From assembly GCA_043228905.1 (NCBI GenBank), contig JBHGNT010000003.1, positions 8,122,001 through 8,186,000 of the forward strand: DNA of 64,000 bases, read 5' to 3'. This DNA comes from Azolla caroliniana (Eukaryota; Plantae; Polypodiophyta). The translations under genes were made by a program, and so were the position numbers. The notes beneath the pieces are model-generated. The model was not told where the DNA came from. It did not search any database and worked only from the letters and a program-made list of their open reading frames with translations. Positions 1 to 13,092 of this stretch are shown here, piece by piece; the first letter of the stretch is position 1; the number at the start of each line of letters is the position of its first letter.

Positions 1-3000
1 TGTCCGACAACTGGGACTTGACGCGGTTGATTTCGGGAAGACCCGGTCCGGTGATGACTAAATCATCCACATACAAGAGTATACATACCGGACCGTCAGA
101 GCCTTGCCGGATGAACAACAAAGAGTCCGACTTGGAGACATCAAACCCCAGCTTACGCAACCGGTGCGTGATCTTCGCGTTCCAAGCTCGGGGGGCTTGC
201 TTCAAGCCGTAAAGCGACTTCTTCAGTCGGCATACCGCCGACTTGTTCATCTCCGATTGAAATCCGGGGGGCTGAGTCATAAAGACTTCTTCTTCAAGCT
301 CTCCTTGAAGGAAGGCGTTTTTCACATCCATCTGGTGAAGATGCCACCCCCTTGCCGCAGCAACCGCCAGTACCACACGAACCGTCGTCATCTTCGCCAC
401 AGGAGCGAAGGTCTCGTTATAGTCGATTTCGTGGGTCTGCGCGTATCCCTTCGCCACTAACCGGGCTTTGTACCGGTTAACAGAACCGTCGGCGTTGTAC
501 TTGACCTTGTACACCCACTTGCATCCGATCGGTTTACAATGACAGGGAGAATCAACTAGGTCCCAGGTTTCGTTGGCATCGAGTGCCTGCATTTCTTCGT
601 CCATAGCGGCACGCCAATTTGCGTCCTTTGCCGCTTCTACGTAGCTCTCTGGCTCACACACTTCTGTCACCTTAGTCATGTACGCATAATGATGCGCCAT
701 GTATTCATTGTACCCGTACCGTATGACGGGATCCTTCTAGCGGGTTGATTGGCGCAACACACCGTCACCTGATTTGAGGCCCTTCTTGGCCAGTTCGGTC
801 TTCGTTGCCGAAGATCCGCCTTTCTCCTTTCCGGAGTCGGATACGCACCGATCCGACTCATCGTTGCCGGTTTCGAATTCCGGCATCTTCCTCTTGCCTT
901 TCTCTTTGCGCGTGAACCGTTTCCTCGGTTCCTTGCGCGGGGAGAGCACGGCAGAGTCTCCACCACTTGCCGTCTCTTCATCCGACTGGTCCAACCGACT
1001 CAGTCGCTCGTTCGGTCCACTCAACTGAAACGATTCCGGACTCTCATCTTGAGTCCCGGCTTCACCATCCTCTGACAGGGCTGATTCAGGCTCACTGGCC
1101 TGATCTTCCGGCATTGGGTCGGGAGCGGAAGTCGGAGTCGGTACGGAGTACCAAGATGCCGATTCATCGAACTCGACATCCCGGCTAACTCGGACTTCCT
1201 TCGTCCGGGGGTTATAGCACTTATACCCCTTTTGCTCTTGAGCATAGCCGACTAGGATGCATTTTTCCGATTTTGCATCCAGCTTTCTCCGCTTCTGATC
1301 CGGCACATGCACATACGCTATGCTGCCGAATATCCAAAGGTGTCTTAAGTTCGGCTTGCGCCCGAAATACAGCTCATGAGCTGACACCTTGTCACCAATG
1401 CGGTTTTGTATGTAGACGACCGTCTGGACCGCCTCCGCCCAGTAGAACCGGGGCATGCTCTTCTCCTCCAGCATTGCTCTTGCCGCTTTGACGAGTGTCC
1501 GGTTCTTCCTTTCGGCCACACCGTTTTGCTCCGGTGTGTATCTGCAGTTGAACTCTCGCCGAATTCCCTTCTGCTGCAGATAACTAGTGAATTGGCCGGA
1601 AAAATATTCCTTTCCGCCATCTGACCGAAGGCATTTGATCTTCCTCTCCGATTCTCGTTCCACCATCTTCTGGAGGCTCCTGAAACAGTCGAAGACTTCG
1701 CTCTTCCACTCAATGAGGTAGATCCAAGTATGTCGAGTATAGTCGTCGATGAAGGAGACGAAGTATCGGCTCCCGCCAAGGCTTACACTTTGTGCCGGTC
1801 CCCACACATCCGAATGGATGAGATCGAGCTTGTTACGGCTCCGGTTCCGTTCGGTGGGGAATGGAAGCCGGTGTTGCTTCCCAAGTTGGCAGGCTTCACA
1901 AATTTCGGTTCTCCGGCCGTTGAACTTCGGCAAACCGAAAACAACTTGTTTCGTTTGCAGGTCTTGAAGCCTCTGGTAGTTGACGTGGCCTATCCGCTTG
2001 TGCCACAGGTCGATGTCCGACTCGACCTTCTGTCGATTCGCAAACAGAGCAGTGCCAAGGTCATTGGTGTTGAGGATAAACATCCTCCCGTCTCTGCGCC
2101 CTTGCGCAATGACTTCGCCCTCATCCTCAATGAAGCACCCGAGGTGCGTAAACCGTACCTGCATCCCTTGGTCGACAATCTGACCGACGGACACCAGGTT
2201 CTTCATGATTGTCGGAACGTGTAATACGTTCATCAGCTTCCCTTTCTGTCCGACGTGGCTTAGAGGGACTTCTCTGACGTGCACGATTGGGTGAGGAGTG
2301 TCGTCTCCGGTTTTGACTACTCTTGGTTGATCCGGTTTCTCCAGAAAGGAGAACCACTCTTTGTGGCTCATCATGTGGTTCGACGCGCCGGAATCAACAT
2401 ACCACACTTCCTCCGTTTTGGAAGTGGTCTTCTTCATTGAGTTTGCCTTGTGATTCATCACCAAGGCTGGTCCCTTACCGGCCTTTCCAGTTCCGGATCC
2501 TCCTGATCCGTTTGCGTAGTGCGAGTTTTTCCGGCCATCCTTACCGGTCTTGCCGGATCCGGATTTGTCCGAATCGGCACGCTTTCTCCAACACTCGCTT
2601 TCCCTGTGCCCTTTTTTGCCACAGTACCAGCATTCCGTAGCGGATTTGTCTTGCCGGCCTCCGGCACCGCCTTGACTCCCCCTGCTTGTGGAAGTCCCGG
2701 AACTGCTGTCGGCACGCTCATAGTGCCTCCGTTCCTGCTCTTGCCGGCCGCCTCCATTGCGTGCCGACCCACCTCTTCCACCACGCCCACGGAGCCGATC
2801 CGTTCTCGTGTACAACATTCGGTTGTCCGGGGATGCACTGGTAGATGCACTGGCGTGGTTCTCCTCTATAAGGAGCATCGACTGTAAGTCGAAGAATGAG
2901 GTGGTATTCTCCCTTGTACACACCGCAGTCCGGAACGCTCCGAACTTGGACGCCAGGCCTCTGAGACATACCTGCACCATCTCGTCTTCCTCTACGGTAA

Positions 3001-3909
3001 CATTGATAGAGGCGAGCGAGTCGTAGATCTCCTTTATCCGGCCCGTGTCGTCTGCCACGAACATGTTCTTCTGTCGAACATTGCTCAACTCCTGTCTGAG
3101 TTGCAGCTTCCGGGAAGTGGTGCTTGCGGCGAAAACCTTTTTCAGGTTCCCCCAAGCATCCTTCGGTGTCTTGGCGTCACGGATGTGGCTGAGCAGTTGA
3201 TTGCTGACATTGGACGCGAAGCAGTACATCACCCTGCTTGCCGCCTGTTCCCATACCGGGAAGTCCTTGTGTGCCGAGTCTGGCGCCGCATCATTCGCTC
3301 CTTCGACATAACTCCAGTACCCGTGTCCAAGCAGGTACTGGTGCATCTTGTAAGACCAGGATGCGTAGTTGCTCTTGTCGAGCTTCTCCACCAGGAGCGA
3401 CGTAGCCATGCCTCTATCCATGTCTTCTACTGTGTTTGTTTTCGACCTGTTAGGGTTTTCTTCTCAAGAGTAAATGTCTGCAGCAGAGGTTCTCAACCCT
3501 CGCGCTCTGATACCATGTAAACGTAAGTGTTTGCGGAAGCGTAAAACAGAGAACAACACAGAGAGAGAGAGAGAGAGAGAGCAGAACACAATTTCAAAAT
3601 TATATCAAGACTCCTTTACACACTGTGCTAAGTAGCACTATTTATACAAGTCCTCTTGGGACTGACAGAAGTACCATGTACTTCAATGCTCACACGAGCA
3701 TCTAACACTTACTACGAGACTATAGATACCTAGTAGTCTATCCTATTCTAGGCTTCCGATTGGACTGCCGGTTACGGATTGCACCCGGCCTCCACTGCTT
3801 GCCGGTTCGGTTGCTCACCGTCATACCGATCCGTTTCGCCCGATCCGTCTTGCTTACCGGCTCCGGCTTATTCAGCCGATCCGGCTCCGGTTGAGCTTGC
3901 CACTCAACA
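1..3909 (-). mobile_element. Ty1/copia LTR retrotransposon C1 (5' part; runs off window start)
   Basis: 5' LTR 3516-3909 (TG...CA). PBS TGGTATCAGAGC at 3504-3515 on the minus strand. Gag-PR-INT ORF, then RT with ILLYVDD near 62-82. Confidence 0.95.
737..3421 (-). CDS. Copia gag-pol polyprotein (gag, zinc knuckle, protease, GAG-pre-integrase, integrase), cut by a premature stop before RT
   Basis: Motifs CWYCGKKGHRESEC, WYVDSGAS, WHKRIGH...CEAC and rve core (HSDVWG, SDGGKEY, NGVAER). The frame continues after the TAG at 737-739 (KDPVIRYGYNEY...) toward RT. Confidence 0.92.
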   Translation of the reverse strand: MDRGMATSLLVEKLDKSNYASWSYKMHQYLLGHGYWSYVEGANDAAPDSAHKDFPVWEQAASRVMYCFASNVSNQLLSHIRDAKTPKDAWGNLKKVFAASTTSRKLQLRQELSNVRQKNMFVADDTGRIKEIYDSLASINVTVEEDEMVQVCLRGLASKFGAFRTAVCTRENTTSFFDLQSMLLIEENHASASTSASPDNRMLYTRTDRLRGRGGRGGSARNGGGRQEQERRHYERADSSSGTSTSRGSQGGAGGRQDKSATECWYCGKKGHRESECWRKRADSDKSGSGKTGKDGRKNSHYANGSGGSGTGKAGKGPALVMNHKANSMKKTTSKTEEVWYVDSGASNHMMSHKEWFSFLEKPDQPRVVKTGDDTPHPIVHVREVPLSHVGQKGKLMNVLHVPTIMKNLVSVGQIVDQGMQVRFTHLGCFIEDEGEVIAQGRRDGRMFILNTNDLGTALFANRQKVESDIDLWHKRIGHVNYQRLQDLQTKQVVFGLPKFNGRRTEICEACQLGKQHRLPFPTERNRSRNKLDLIHSDVWGPAQSVSLGGSRYFVSFIDDYTRHTWIYLIEWKSEVFDCFRSLQKMVERESERKIKCLRSDGGKEYFSGQFTSYLQQKGIRREFNCRYTPEQNGVAERKNRTLVKAARAMLEEKSMPRFYWAEAVQTVVYIQNRIGDKVSAHELYFGRKPNLRHLWIFGSIAYVHVPDQKRRKLDAKSEKCILVGYAQEQKGYKCYNPRTKEVRVSRDVEFDESASWYSVPTPTSAPDPMPEDQASEPESALSEDGEAGTQDESPESFQLSGPNERLSRLDQSDEETASGGDSAVLSPRKEPRKRFTRKEKGKRKMPEFETGNDESDRCVSDSGKEKGGSSATKTELAKKGLKSGDGVLRQSTR

Positions 3910-5361
3910 TCGATGCTCCTCCTTCCGGGTGTTTCGTTTCTTATTAAAACGTTGGTGGTTCTTGTAACCCTGTCGGCGGCGATCTTCATAATCCCCGCGC
4001 TGATCCTCTCTCCTCCGGTTGTAACTTGGAGAGTGATCGCAATCAGAACGGTCACCCTTATAATCCCGATACTTGTCGTACCGGTCCCGGTCATAAGTGT
4101 CCCTTCTGTCGGTGTACTGGACATCCTGTACTAGCCGGTAACGCTCGTCTCGGTGCCAACGTTCTTCTTCCTCTTCCCGGTCGTTGCGGGTATCGATTTG
4201 TCTTACTGGTGCCGCTTGCCGGTTCAATAAGTTATATTCGCATCGGTCCATTGTGTGCGACCTGGAGTGGCATAACATGCACTGTGACCGCATGGTACAT
4301 TCTATTGCAGACTGCTCGGCATTGAGACAAGTCGTACATTGTATAGCTTGCCGAAAACATAGGTCTTCTTCTGTCGGTAATGCACGTTGGAGTGCCCCCA
4401 TTGTTAGTCATGAGCTTGTTTTCTCCATCTCCCTGAACCGGTCTATGACCTGGTCGATCATGCTGGCACGGAAATCAATGACTGTGCACACCGTACGTAG
4501 GGGTTCCCGGAGGGCTGCTAGGAATATTGCTTTATCCTCCGCTTCCGGTGCTGCCCGACTTAGCTAGTTGTGCATCTGCTGGAACCGGATTACGAATTGC
4601 TGAATGGTTTCCCTAGGTTCCTATCATATGGTGTAGAATAGGCCGACCATCTCTCGTTGATCCACCTCCTTGTGGAAGAAATGTAAAAATCTAGTTTTCA
4701 AGTCCTCAAACATAGTGATGATGCCGGGAAGGTGCGACATGCGCCATCGCACGGCTGGTCCTTCCAAAGTCATGCTGAACTTTGCAATCTTCAATTGTTC
4801 TGCTTCGGCGGCATTTAAGCGTTGCGACACATGGTTTGCTTCCCATGTTTGTAGAAATGCATACACATGGGCTTCCGCGTCTAGATTATCCCGGTACTTG
4901 GGATATTGGAAAGGCATATCATCGTTCGGTGTCGGAACTCGAGCTGGTGGTGACAGAGGTCTCTCCTCCTCTTCTGTTGGAGGCGGTGTCAGAGGTATTT
5001 CCTCCTCTTTTTTTGGCGTCGAAGGTCTTCCCTCCTCCTTCGGAGGCTCGCGTGGCGGTGTCGGAGGTTGATCCGCCTCATGCCTTACTGAAGCTTCAAG
5101 TTCTGTTATCGCCGGTTTTGGTGTCGGTATATTATCAGATTCCTCATCCTCTGGTCCGTCCGGGGTGTCGTGACTGCTACGGTAATTCGAATGTGCGCTG
5201 TACTCGCCGTCCGAATTCGATTCAAATGCCGAAAATGGTTCCGAATTGCCTTCTCCCGCTGCTAATGCCTGCGGGATGGATTCTGCCTCCTTCAGACTAC
5301 TTAAACTGCTTCCTTTGTCTGGATGGGAATTTTGCTGCAAACAAAGTGACTTCGCGGCCAC
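3910..5361 (-). pseudogene. Degenerate retrotransposon gag (probably Ty3/gypsy type), interrupted by copia C1
   Basis: Pro/Glu-rich N-terminus, then gag-like FSMTLEGPAVRW...LKTRFLHFF, stops near 4624 and 4561, two knuckle-like motifs (CTTC...C; CMLCHSRSHTMDRC) and an Arg/Asp-rich tail. Confidence 0.7.
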
Positions 5362-5788
5362 TCACCGGATCACCTTTGAAAATGATTGATTCGCGCGGAT
5401 TTCTTCTGCCGCCTGGTGGTACGCTTCATGCTTCCGCAGTCTTTCGGCGAGTTGTCTCGCTCGCTCCGTTGTGGCGTCGAGTCGAGCCTCGATCGGCGTC
5501 CCATACCACTGTTGTGGCGTCGAGTCGTACCTGGTGCTGGCGCAATCGCTATAAGAGTTGACCCACCACGAAATAGAGTCTCGACGTAGTCAAGATATGA
5601 TGAAATGAGGGTAGTTAGGCCTCATATTTATAACGATACCTAAGGCCCCCAGGCAAGTTCACAGTTGGCCTAATGGGTTGTCTAAATCCTGAGGATTAAA
5701 AGTAATCCTCCCCTTCTTTACACTCTCTTTTAACCCTCACACTTATCCATGTGTATAGAATACTACGGTAAATTCTCACCACGGGATA

Positions 5789-7009
5789 TTATATGGTCAT
5801 GCCTGTAACATACTCCCCCCTCTTTAAAACATTGCACTCTTGCAATGGAAAGTTAGGGAAGTTAGTTCTAAGAGTATTTTCGCATTCCCATGTGGCATCA
5901 TTGATAGATTTATCCATCCATTTAATTTTATATTCTCGGATTACTTTAGTACGCAGATTTTTTGTTTTAACATCAAGAATTCTTTCTGGTACATGTGGTT
6001 TAGAATATAATTCTTCAGAAGTAACCAAAGTTTCAGTTGTAACTGTATTGTCGCTGGAACCTAGAAGTTCTTTTAGACGACTTACATGAAAAACTGGATG
6101 AATTTCAACGCCATCAAGAAGAGCGAGACGATAGGCTGATGAACCAATGCGTTTGAGGACTTGCAAAGGTCCACAAAACTGTGGGGCTAACTTAGCGCAC
6201 TTACCCTTAGACAATGTCTTAGAATTGTGAGGTACACATAAAAATACCTTCTGTCCAGGGTTGAATACACGAGGTTGCCTATTATGATCGGCGTAAAATA
6301 ACACTTTATCTTGAGTTGTTTTTATATTATCTCGTGCAATATGCAACAAATCTTGCATATCCCGAAGAAAGTTTTGCGTACTTCGCAACTCATCATGATG
6401 TATATTAACATCAATCAGGGCTCGTGACTGAAAACTATACATCAACATAAAAGGACTATATCCCGTCGACGTATGCTTGGAGCTGTTATAAGCAAACTCC
6501 AAAATTGGGAGATAACGTTCCCATTTTGTTGGTTTTGCACCAACGTATGCTCAAAGCATGTCCTCAATAATTTGATTTACTCGTTCTGTTTGTCCATCGG
6601 ATTCGGGATGATCCGTGGAGCTCATGCTCAATGTAGTTTCTAACTTCTGAAAGACTTGAGTCTGGAAGTCACTAGTAAACTTTGGATCTTGATCACTCAC
6701 GATATCCATCGGTAACCCATAAAAATGAAATAACTCGTCAACGAATTGGTAAGCCAATTCAAGAGTTGTTACCATGGTTTTAGGAGCAATAAATCTAGCC
6801 ATTTTAGTTAGTCTACCAACCACAACCCAGATGGCATCATGGCCTTCTTGGGTGCGAGGAAGGCTAACAATAAAATCCATAGATATACTTTCCCACTTAT
6901 TATTGGGAATGTCCAAGGGATGTAAAAGTCCTGCGGCTTTAAGTTGCTTGGCTTTGTTAACCTCACATTGGTGACATTTAGTCACATAGCTATGTATGTC
7001 AGGACACAT
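5789..7009 (-). pseudogene. Integrase and chromodomain remnant of G1
   Basis: [32 protein letters not shown]...[11 protein letters not shown], chromodomain PERILDV...YKIKW...DATWE. Split by a frameshift. Confidence 0.9.
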
Positions 7010-7901
7010 CTTAGGCCAATAGAATCGAGTGGAGATGAGAACAAGTGTACGATGTATTCCAGGGTGCCCTGCTGAGGGTGCATCATGGCATTAAAAAAGA
7101 ATTCTCTTTTTTACCTTAGGAAAATCTAGAACACAAACCTTCCCATTACGGTAGAGCAGACCGTTAGCAATGTGGAAGGATTCCTTCGAGGATGTGGTGG
7201 AGTCTGTTCCAGACTTAACTCTTGCCCAGTATTTCGCAAAATAATTGTCATCAGGATACTTTATTGGAAGGTGATAATAAAGATATGATCTTATTTAAGT
7301 TAAACTAAGCATGTTAACTTCACGAAGGCAACTTACTACATCAACGAGAATGTTCATGGAACCTTTACGATATCGTATGGAAAAATCAAAATCCTAGATG
7401 AGATCAACCCATCATGCCTTAGGACCTTTTAGGTCTTGTTGGTCACAAAAATATTTCAAGGACTCGTGGTCGGTAGTTACCACAAAACGATTTCCATAAA
7501 AATAATGGCGCCATGTTTTGAGCCTATGTATAACTTCAAATAGATCCTTTTCTTGAACCGTATACCGACATTGAGCAGAATCAAGTTTCTTACTCTCGAA
7601 TGTTATTGGTTTACCATCTTGATATAAGACATCACCTTTAGCATAATCGCTTGCATTGGTTTCAACTTGAAAAAGTTTTGAAGGATCCGGTAAAAGAAGT
7701 CAAGGAGCCTTGTGTCGAATACGAGTGTATAATGGCCGTATTCACACTGTCCCTTTGGACATCCCAAGTTCGGGCTATTTCTGTAAATAGCATAAAGGGA
7801 AGTTGCCCTAGGATAGTCACTATATAAAGTGACTTTGTAACCTTTAGTGGGTGTTGGTTGTCATTTGTAACTGTTGCTATTGGAATATAACGGTTCCTTT
7901 G

Positions 7902-7936
<35 letters not shown>

Positions 7937-8317
7937 CTGTGTCTATCTTGCTCATGCATACACAAGTTCTTCTTCATCACGAATGTTGCTTGCACTTCCG
8001 CATTGACGGCCTTGTCCCCAACAATTGGTATCAGAGCGTTGGAGGTTCTTCAACCCGCTGCCGACCGTCATCACACAACACAACATTCTGTTTTCGTTTT
8101 CTTTGAAGAACAGAGAAGGGAGAAGACAAAAACAAAAAGCTCGCATCTCATTGTGTTAAATCACAAATTGGAGTAAGCTAGTCGGTTGTACTCTATTCCT
8201 GTGATTGTAACCGCTTGAGGGGAGCTCCTTGACCAACAACCGGCCCAATCGTGCTTCATTCGGTTAAACAATGTCCAAATAGGTCACCAGACGCTATTCA
8301 CTCGCTTGCTGTAACCA

Positions 8318-8545
8318 CCCGCTGCAGATTGGTCTCCTAGCAACAACCACTTTGTGCTTCACTTAGCTGATCGACATTCGGGAGGATCAGTTGGATCCGT
8401 CCCTCTCATCGCTGCAGTCATCGTCACCGGACGCTATTCACCCGCTGCAGATTGGTCTCCTGGCAACAACCACTTTGTGCTTCACTTGGCTGATCGACAT
8501 TCGGGAGGATCAGTTGGATCCGTCCCTCTCATCGCTGCAGTCATC
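8318..8545 (+). repeat. Tandem duplication of about 120 bp in the leader of element A
   Basis: CCCGCTGCAGATTGGTCTCCT...CATCGCTGCAGTCATC occurs twice in succession. The repeated peptide in ORF 8354..8611 reflects this. Confidence 0.85.
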
Positions 8546-10990
8546 CGAAGTAGAATCGGCCCAAACAATCGATTTCGTGTAATCGTTATTCGGCATACAA
8601 TCGGAAGCTAACCGGGCTCACTCCGACTCGGCAACATTCGGGAAGACCAGCCAGTTTTGTCCCTCAAGTTACCGAAGTCACTCCGAGCAAGTTCAACAAC
8701 AATTATCTGAAAGCAAACCGACTCGGGCTCAAAACCGACTAGAACGATATCGGGTGAGCTGACTGGCTGCACCCCGCTAGGGTTCGTAGTCAACTCTGAA
8801 CCGAGTCTTACCAACTGAAACCAAAGTAGATGACATCAACATCTGGCTGCACCCCACTAGGGTTCGAACTTCAACTTTTGGAAGGAACAAATGCAGGACT
8901 ATCTCATAGTCAAGGGTCAGATAGGCCCGATTGAGAATGAAAATCCTCCAGAAGCATACAAGGCAAACGAGTGGCTAAAGCTGGACAGAATCGTCCGCGC
9001 CACGATTCGGATGCACTTATTGGAGTCGGTGTACTTCACAGTGCAATCATGCACGACAACGTTTCAACTTTGGAAAACACAGTCGAAAACTTATGAAAAG
9101 AAGATTGCCGCAACGAAGATGTATCTGATCCGGCGCCTCTACAACTTGCGGATGAAAGAATCCGATTCGGTTCAAGCACACCTCAACGAGTACGAAAGCA
9201 TAAGCTCCCAAATCTCGTCTCAGGGGACGACAATCGAGGATGAACTCAGAGCAATGATACTCATGAGTAGTCTTCCCTCTTCATGGGAAAGTTTCGTTAC
9301 AACCGTGTGCAATGCTTCAACAACTGCCGTTAAGTACTCCGAAGTCACGAGCGCAATCATGACTAAAGAAGCTCGGAGAATGTCTTTCGCCAAAGACTCG
9401 GCAGATGAAGCCTATATAGTACAAGGTTCGACCGACCAATCGAACAACCGGGGAAGAAGTTCTTCCCGACCGCCGAACAATCAGCGAAGCTGGAGCAAGT
9501 CCCGAGACAACCAAATCTGAAACTACTGCAAGAAACCGGGACACATCAAAGCTGACTGCCGGGCACTCAAAGCAAAAACCGACAAAGCTCAGAGAGCGGA
9601 TTAGAAGAGTAGCCGGCATGAGGAGGTCAACTACGTCGGCTCTTTAGCCGAAATTTTGACGACCGACCCAAACATACTGTCTATAGAGAACCCAGTCGAA
9701 TTAGAAGTTCTGCTTACGACTGAGGAATTGAGCACATGGCTCCTGGACTCAGGCGCATCGTATCATGTGACACCTCACCGATCTCAGTTTCGACAATACT
9801 CGGACCGGCACTCCGACTCAGTTTGAGTCGGAAACTCATAGCATTGTGCTATAATCGGAATCGGCACCGTAGAGCTCAATCTTCCGGGAGGCTCTACACT
9901 CGTACTACACAACGTCTGACACGTTCCTAAGCTTTCAAGACCCTTGATCTCAGTCGGACAACTTGACGAAACCGGCATCCATGCCGGATTCTCATCAGGA
10001 GGGTGGACACTCCACAAAGGGAACCTCCTGCTTGCTCGAGGACCAAAGGTACATTCCTTGTATCCTTTATATGTCACACTCAAAGAGGGTGACTTATTTT
10101 TGGTTGATATACCCATGTAATCGTTATGGCACGGACGACTTGGACACCTCAGCAAGGCTGGCATAACGCACCTATCAAGAGCCGGTTACATCCCCAAACT
10201 CTCCTTCTCGGATCACCAATCCTGCGAGCATTGCCAGTACGGCAAACAGGTAGCCACATCACACCCAACATCAGCACCAAGAGAATCAAGTCCCCTTGAT
10301 TTGGTTCACTCGGACGTCTGTGGCCCGATGCCACATCAGTCTCTTGGCGGTGCTTTGTACTTCGTCAGTTTTATTGACGACTCGACTCGGAAGGTGTGGG
10401 CTTACCCCATCAGAACCAAAGATCGGGTGTTCTTGATCTTCTCTGAATGGCTTGCAATGGTCGAAAATCAGACCCTATAGTTCGGAGCAGAACAAAATTG
10501 CTGAACGCATGAATCGGACGATTCAAGAACGCGTAGTATCCATGCTCCAACACTCCGGACTATCGAATGGCTTCTGGGCGGAGGCTCTACTTACGACAGT
10601 ACACATAATTAATATGTCGCCAAGTAGACCTCTAGGACTTCAAATACCTCAGGAAATATGGACCAATAGTAAGCTGAATTATGACAAACTGAAGATCTTC
10701 GGTTGCGAGGCGTATGCTCTCATACCGAAAGACGACTGCCAGAAACTCTAACCAAGGTCAAGGAAATGTGTTTTTCTTGGATATGGACCCGACAACGAGA
10801 TCGTATACCGACTCTGGGGCCCTAAGCATAGACAAATCGTCCGAAGTTTGGATGTCGTGTTCAACGAGTCGGCTATGCATAAAATGGCTGAAAGGCCTAT
10901 TGAAGTCCGAAGGGTAATATTGTCCGAAGTGCCAACCCTTCATGACGGCCCAACCCACAACACGAGATCAGTTTCACGAGTAACCGCCCA

Positions 10991-12056
10991 GAAGATCCGT
11001 CACTATGTGCGGATCGCGAGGCGGAACCGCCGAGGTTCTGGACCGGAAGGACTTGAAGTTGGCGCAAGCTTTAGCGGGAAAGGAATTAAGAAAGATTGAA
11101 AGAGAGAGAGATTGAGATAAGATAGAACGCTTGATTTTAGATTGAGAGAGAGATTAAGAACTCTTGACTTTAGATTTCAAGAACAAGATATATCATCAAA
11201 AGGATAACGAATTTTCTTCTTAATATTAATTTTGATTTAAAGTACAAAGCTTTCTTTTTATCCAAGAATCCCCTTTGATCTTTTACATTCCCTCTTTTAT
11301 AGATGCCCTCATGCATTTGAGGGTTCAAGACATGCATAAAATGCATGTTTGCCATTTGGCGCTCATGTATTACATGTGGTGCATGATAACCATGTCACTC
11401 ATTTTAGCTTTCATGTATGAGAATTTATATGTAAAAGTAAAATGATAGAAATATAAATTCAACTAAATGTCATGGCGTAGTGGTAAGCCTATTGACTCTT
11501 AACTAGGAGGTGTAAGGTTCGAATCTTCACTTGCCCTCCTTATATATGTATATGTGATATTTATTTATTAATTTGGTCGTCGGTTACCGGTAGCTGCCGC
11601 CGGATGCCGGTGCGCAGGCACCCAATGTCGGTTCCGTCTCCGTCGGATCACCGGCTCCATCGCCAGTCCGGTTTTGGTTGGCCAAAACCTGTACAAGTAG
11701 TAAGGCCACCTCCACTCTTAGTTCAAGTTACCTTGAACTCTCTATGCTCCACACATAGACACAAAGATAATAACTTTTGCTCCACGTTATATATGGTGAG
11801 AGCCTTATTCGTCCTGTCTATGTGGGATATCTCATAATTTTCTCTTTTTCTTTCGCAACTTCTTAACCACATAAGTTGACACTTAGATGTCCTTTTCTTA
11901 TGTAGTAAAGTGCACCTCTTTAAGATCTTCGTCTTTTATACTAAGATATTAAACTTACTTAGAATTAATATATTCACTATTATTGTTTATATGATTGACA
12001 CTTGATTTTGTACGTTTTATGTGATTTTCACACCATTGCCGAAAATCTTCACGACA
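10991..12056 (+). mobile_element. Non-coding TGT...ACA element with tRNA-like module, copy 1 (left terminus eroded)
   Basis: Reverse-complement homolog of 25025-26275, ending ATCTTCACGACA followed by CCGC. Absent from the mirrored copia A near 61010. Confidence 0.85.
11470..11540 (+). promoter_or_regulatory. tRNA-derived module with Pol III A and B boxes (not a functional tRNA)
   Basis: TGGCGTAGTGG at 11473-11483, CTCTTAA anticodon-loop-like heptamer, GGTTCGAATC at 11516-11525. No good acceptor stem. Confidence 0.65.
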
Positions 12057-13092
12057 CCGCGCTCCCCATTACCCTTCGGCTGTCTCGGCGAGACTGTCCG
12101 ACATCCGGTCCGGAGGGGGAAGATATGAAGTCAGTACCGTATGCACCGACAGTCGGCTCCCTCATGTACGCGATGGTCGCGACACAGCCTGATATTTCTC
12201 ACGCCATAGGAGTCATCAGCAGATTCATGCACAACCCCGACCGATCACACTGGAACGTAGTCAAGAATGTGTTCAGATATCTAGCTAGCACAAAAGACCA
12301 CGACATTCTTTTCGGCCCGAACTCAACCTCAGGCGTAGTCGGTTACACCGACTCAGACTTCGCCGGCTGTGTGGACAACCGAAAATCAACAACTGAATAC
12401 TGTTTCAAATTCGGCAATGGAGCAATCTCGTGGAAGTCAAAACTTCAGGAGTGCACAACCACCTCAACGACCAAAGTAGAATATGTAGTTGCGTCTGATG
12501 TGGCAAAAGAAGCTTTATGGCTCGGTCGGCTGGCGCACACGTTTCGATAGGTCGACTCCGACTCGGCTCCAGTTGTCTACAATGACAATCAGGGTGTTGT
12601 TGCTTTGTCAAAAAATCCGGTTCACCACAACACCTCTAAGCATATCGACGTTCGATATCACTTCGTTCGGGACTGCGTCATTTCAGGGAAAATCGGTCTC
12701 GAGAAGATATCCACAACCGATAATGTCGCAGATGGAATGACCAAGTGTCTCTTGGCGGATCGTTTCTGGTCCCTTCGGCACCAGATGGGCGTAACGAAAA
12801 ATCGGTCTGGTTAAAGTCGGACACATAGCACAGGATGGTTTCGGACCACTGACATCAGTTCTCTTAGGATCGACTTTAGCTCTTCCGACCCGACCGATTC
12901 GATATTCTGCCCTCAAATCTTGCCGACTCTGACAAAACCGATTTGTTCGATAAACCTTGTATATATACCTGTAATTCTTTAAGATAACCCATGTATACGC
13001 CCATTATAGGGGAGTGTCGAATACGAGTGTATAATGGCCGTATTCACACAGTCCCTTTGGACAGCCCAAGATCGGGCTATTTCTGTAAATAG

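Noticed and set aside
1-3909. Copia C1 and C2 (61086-64000) as the outer part of the palindrome
   Set aside because: They belong to the same family and face opposite ways, but their LTRs are well diverged and their insertion sites differ (a gag remnant versus the RT of A). They are independent insertions.
11470-11540. Functional tRNA genes (also 24558-24750 and 25745-25812)
   Set aside because: A and B boxes are present, but I cannot form proper acceptor and anticodon stems.
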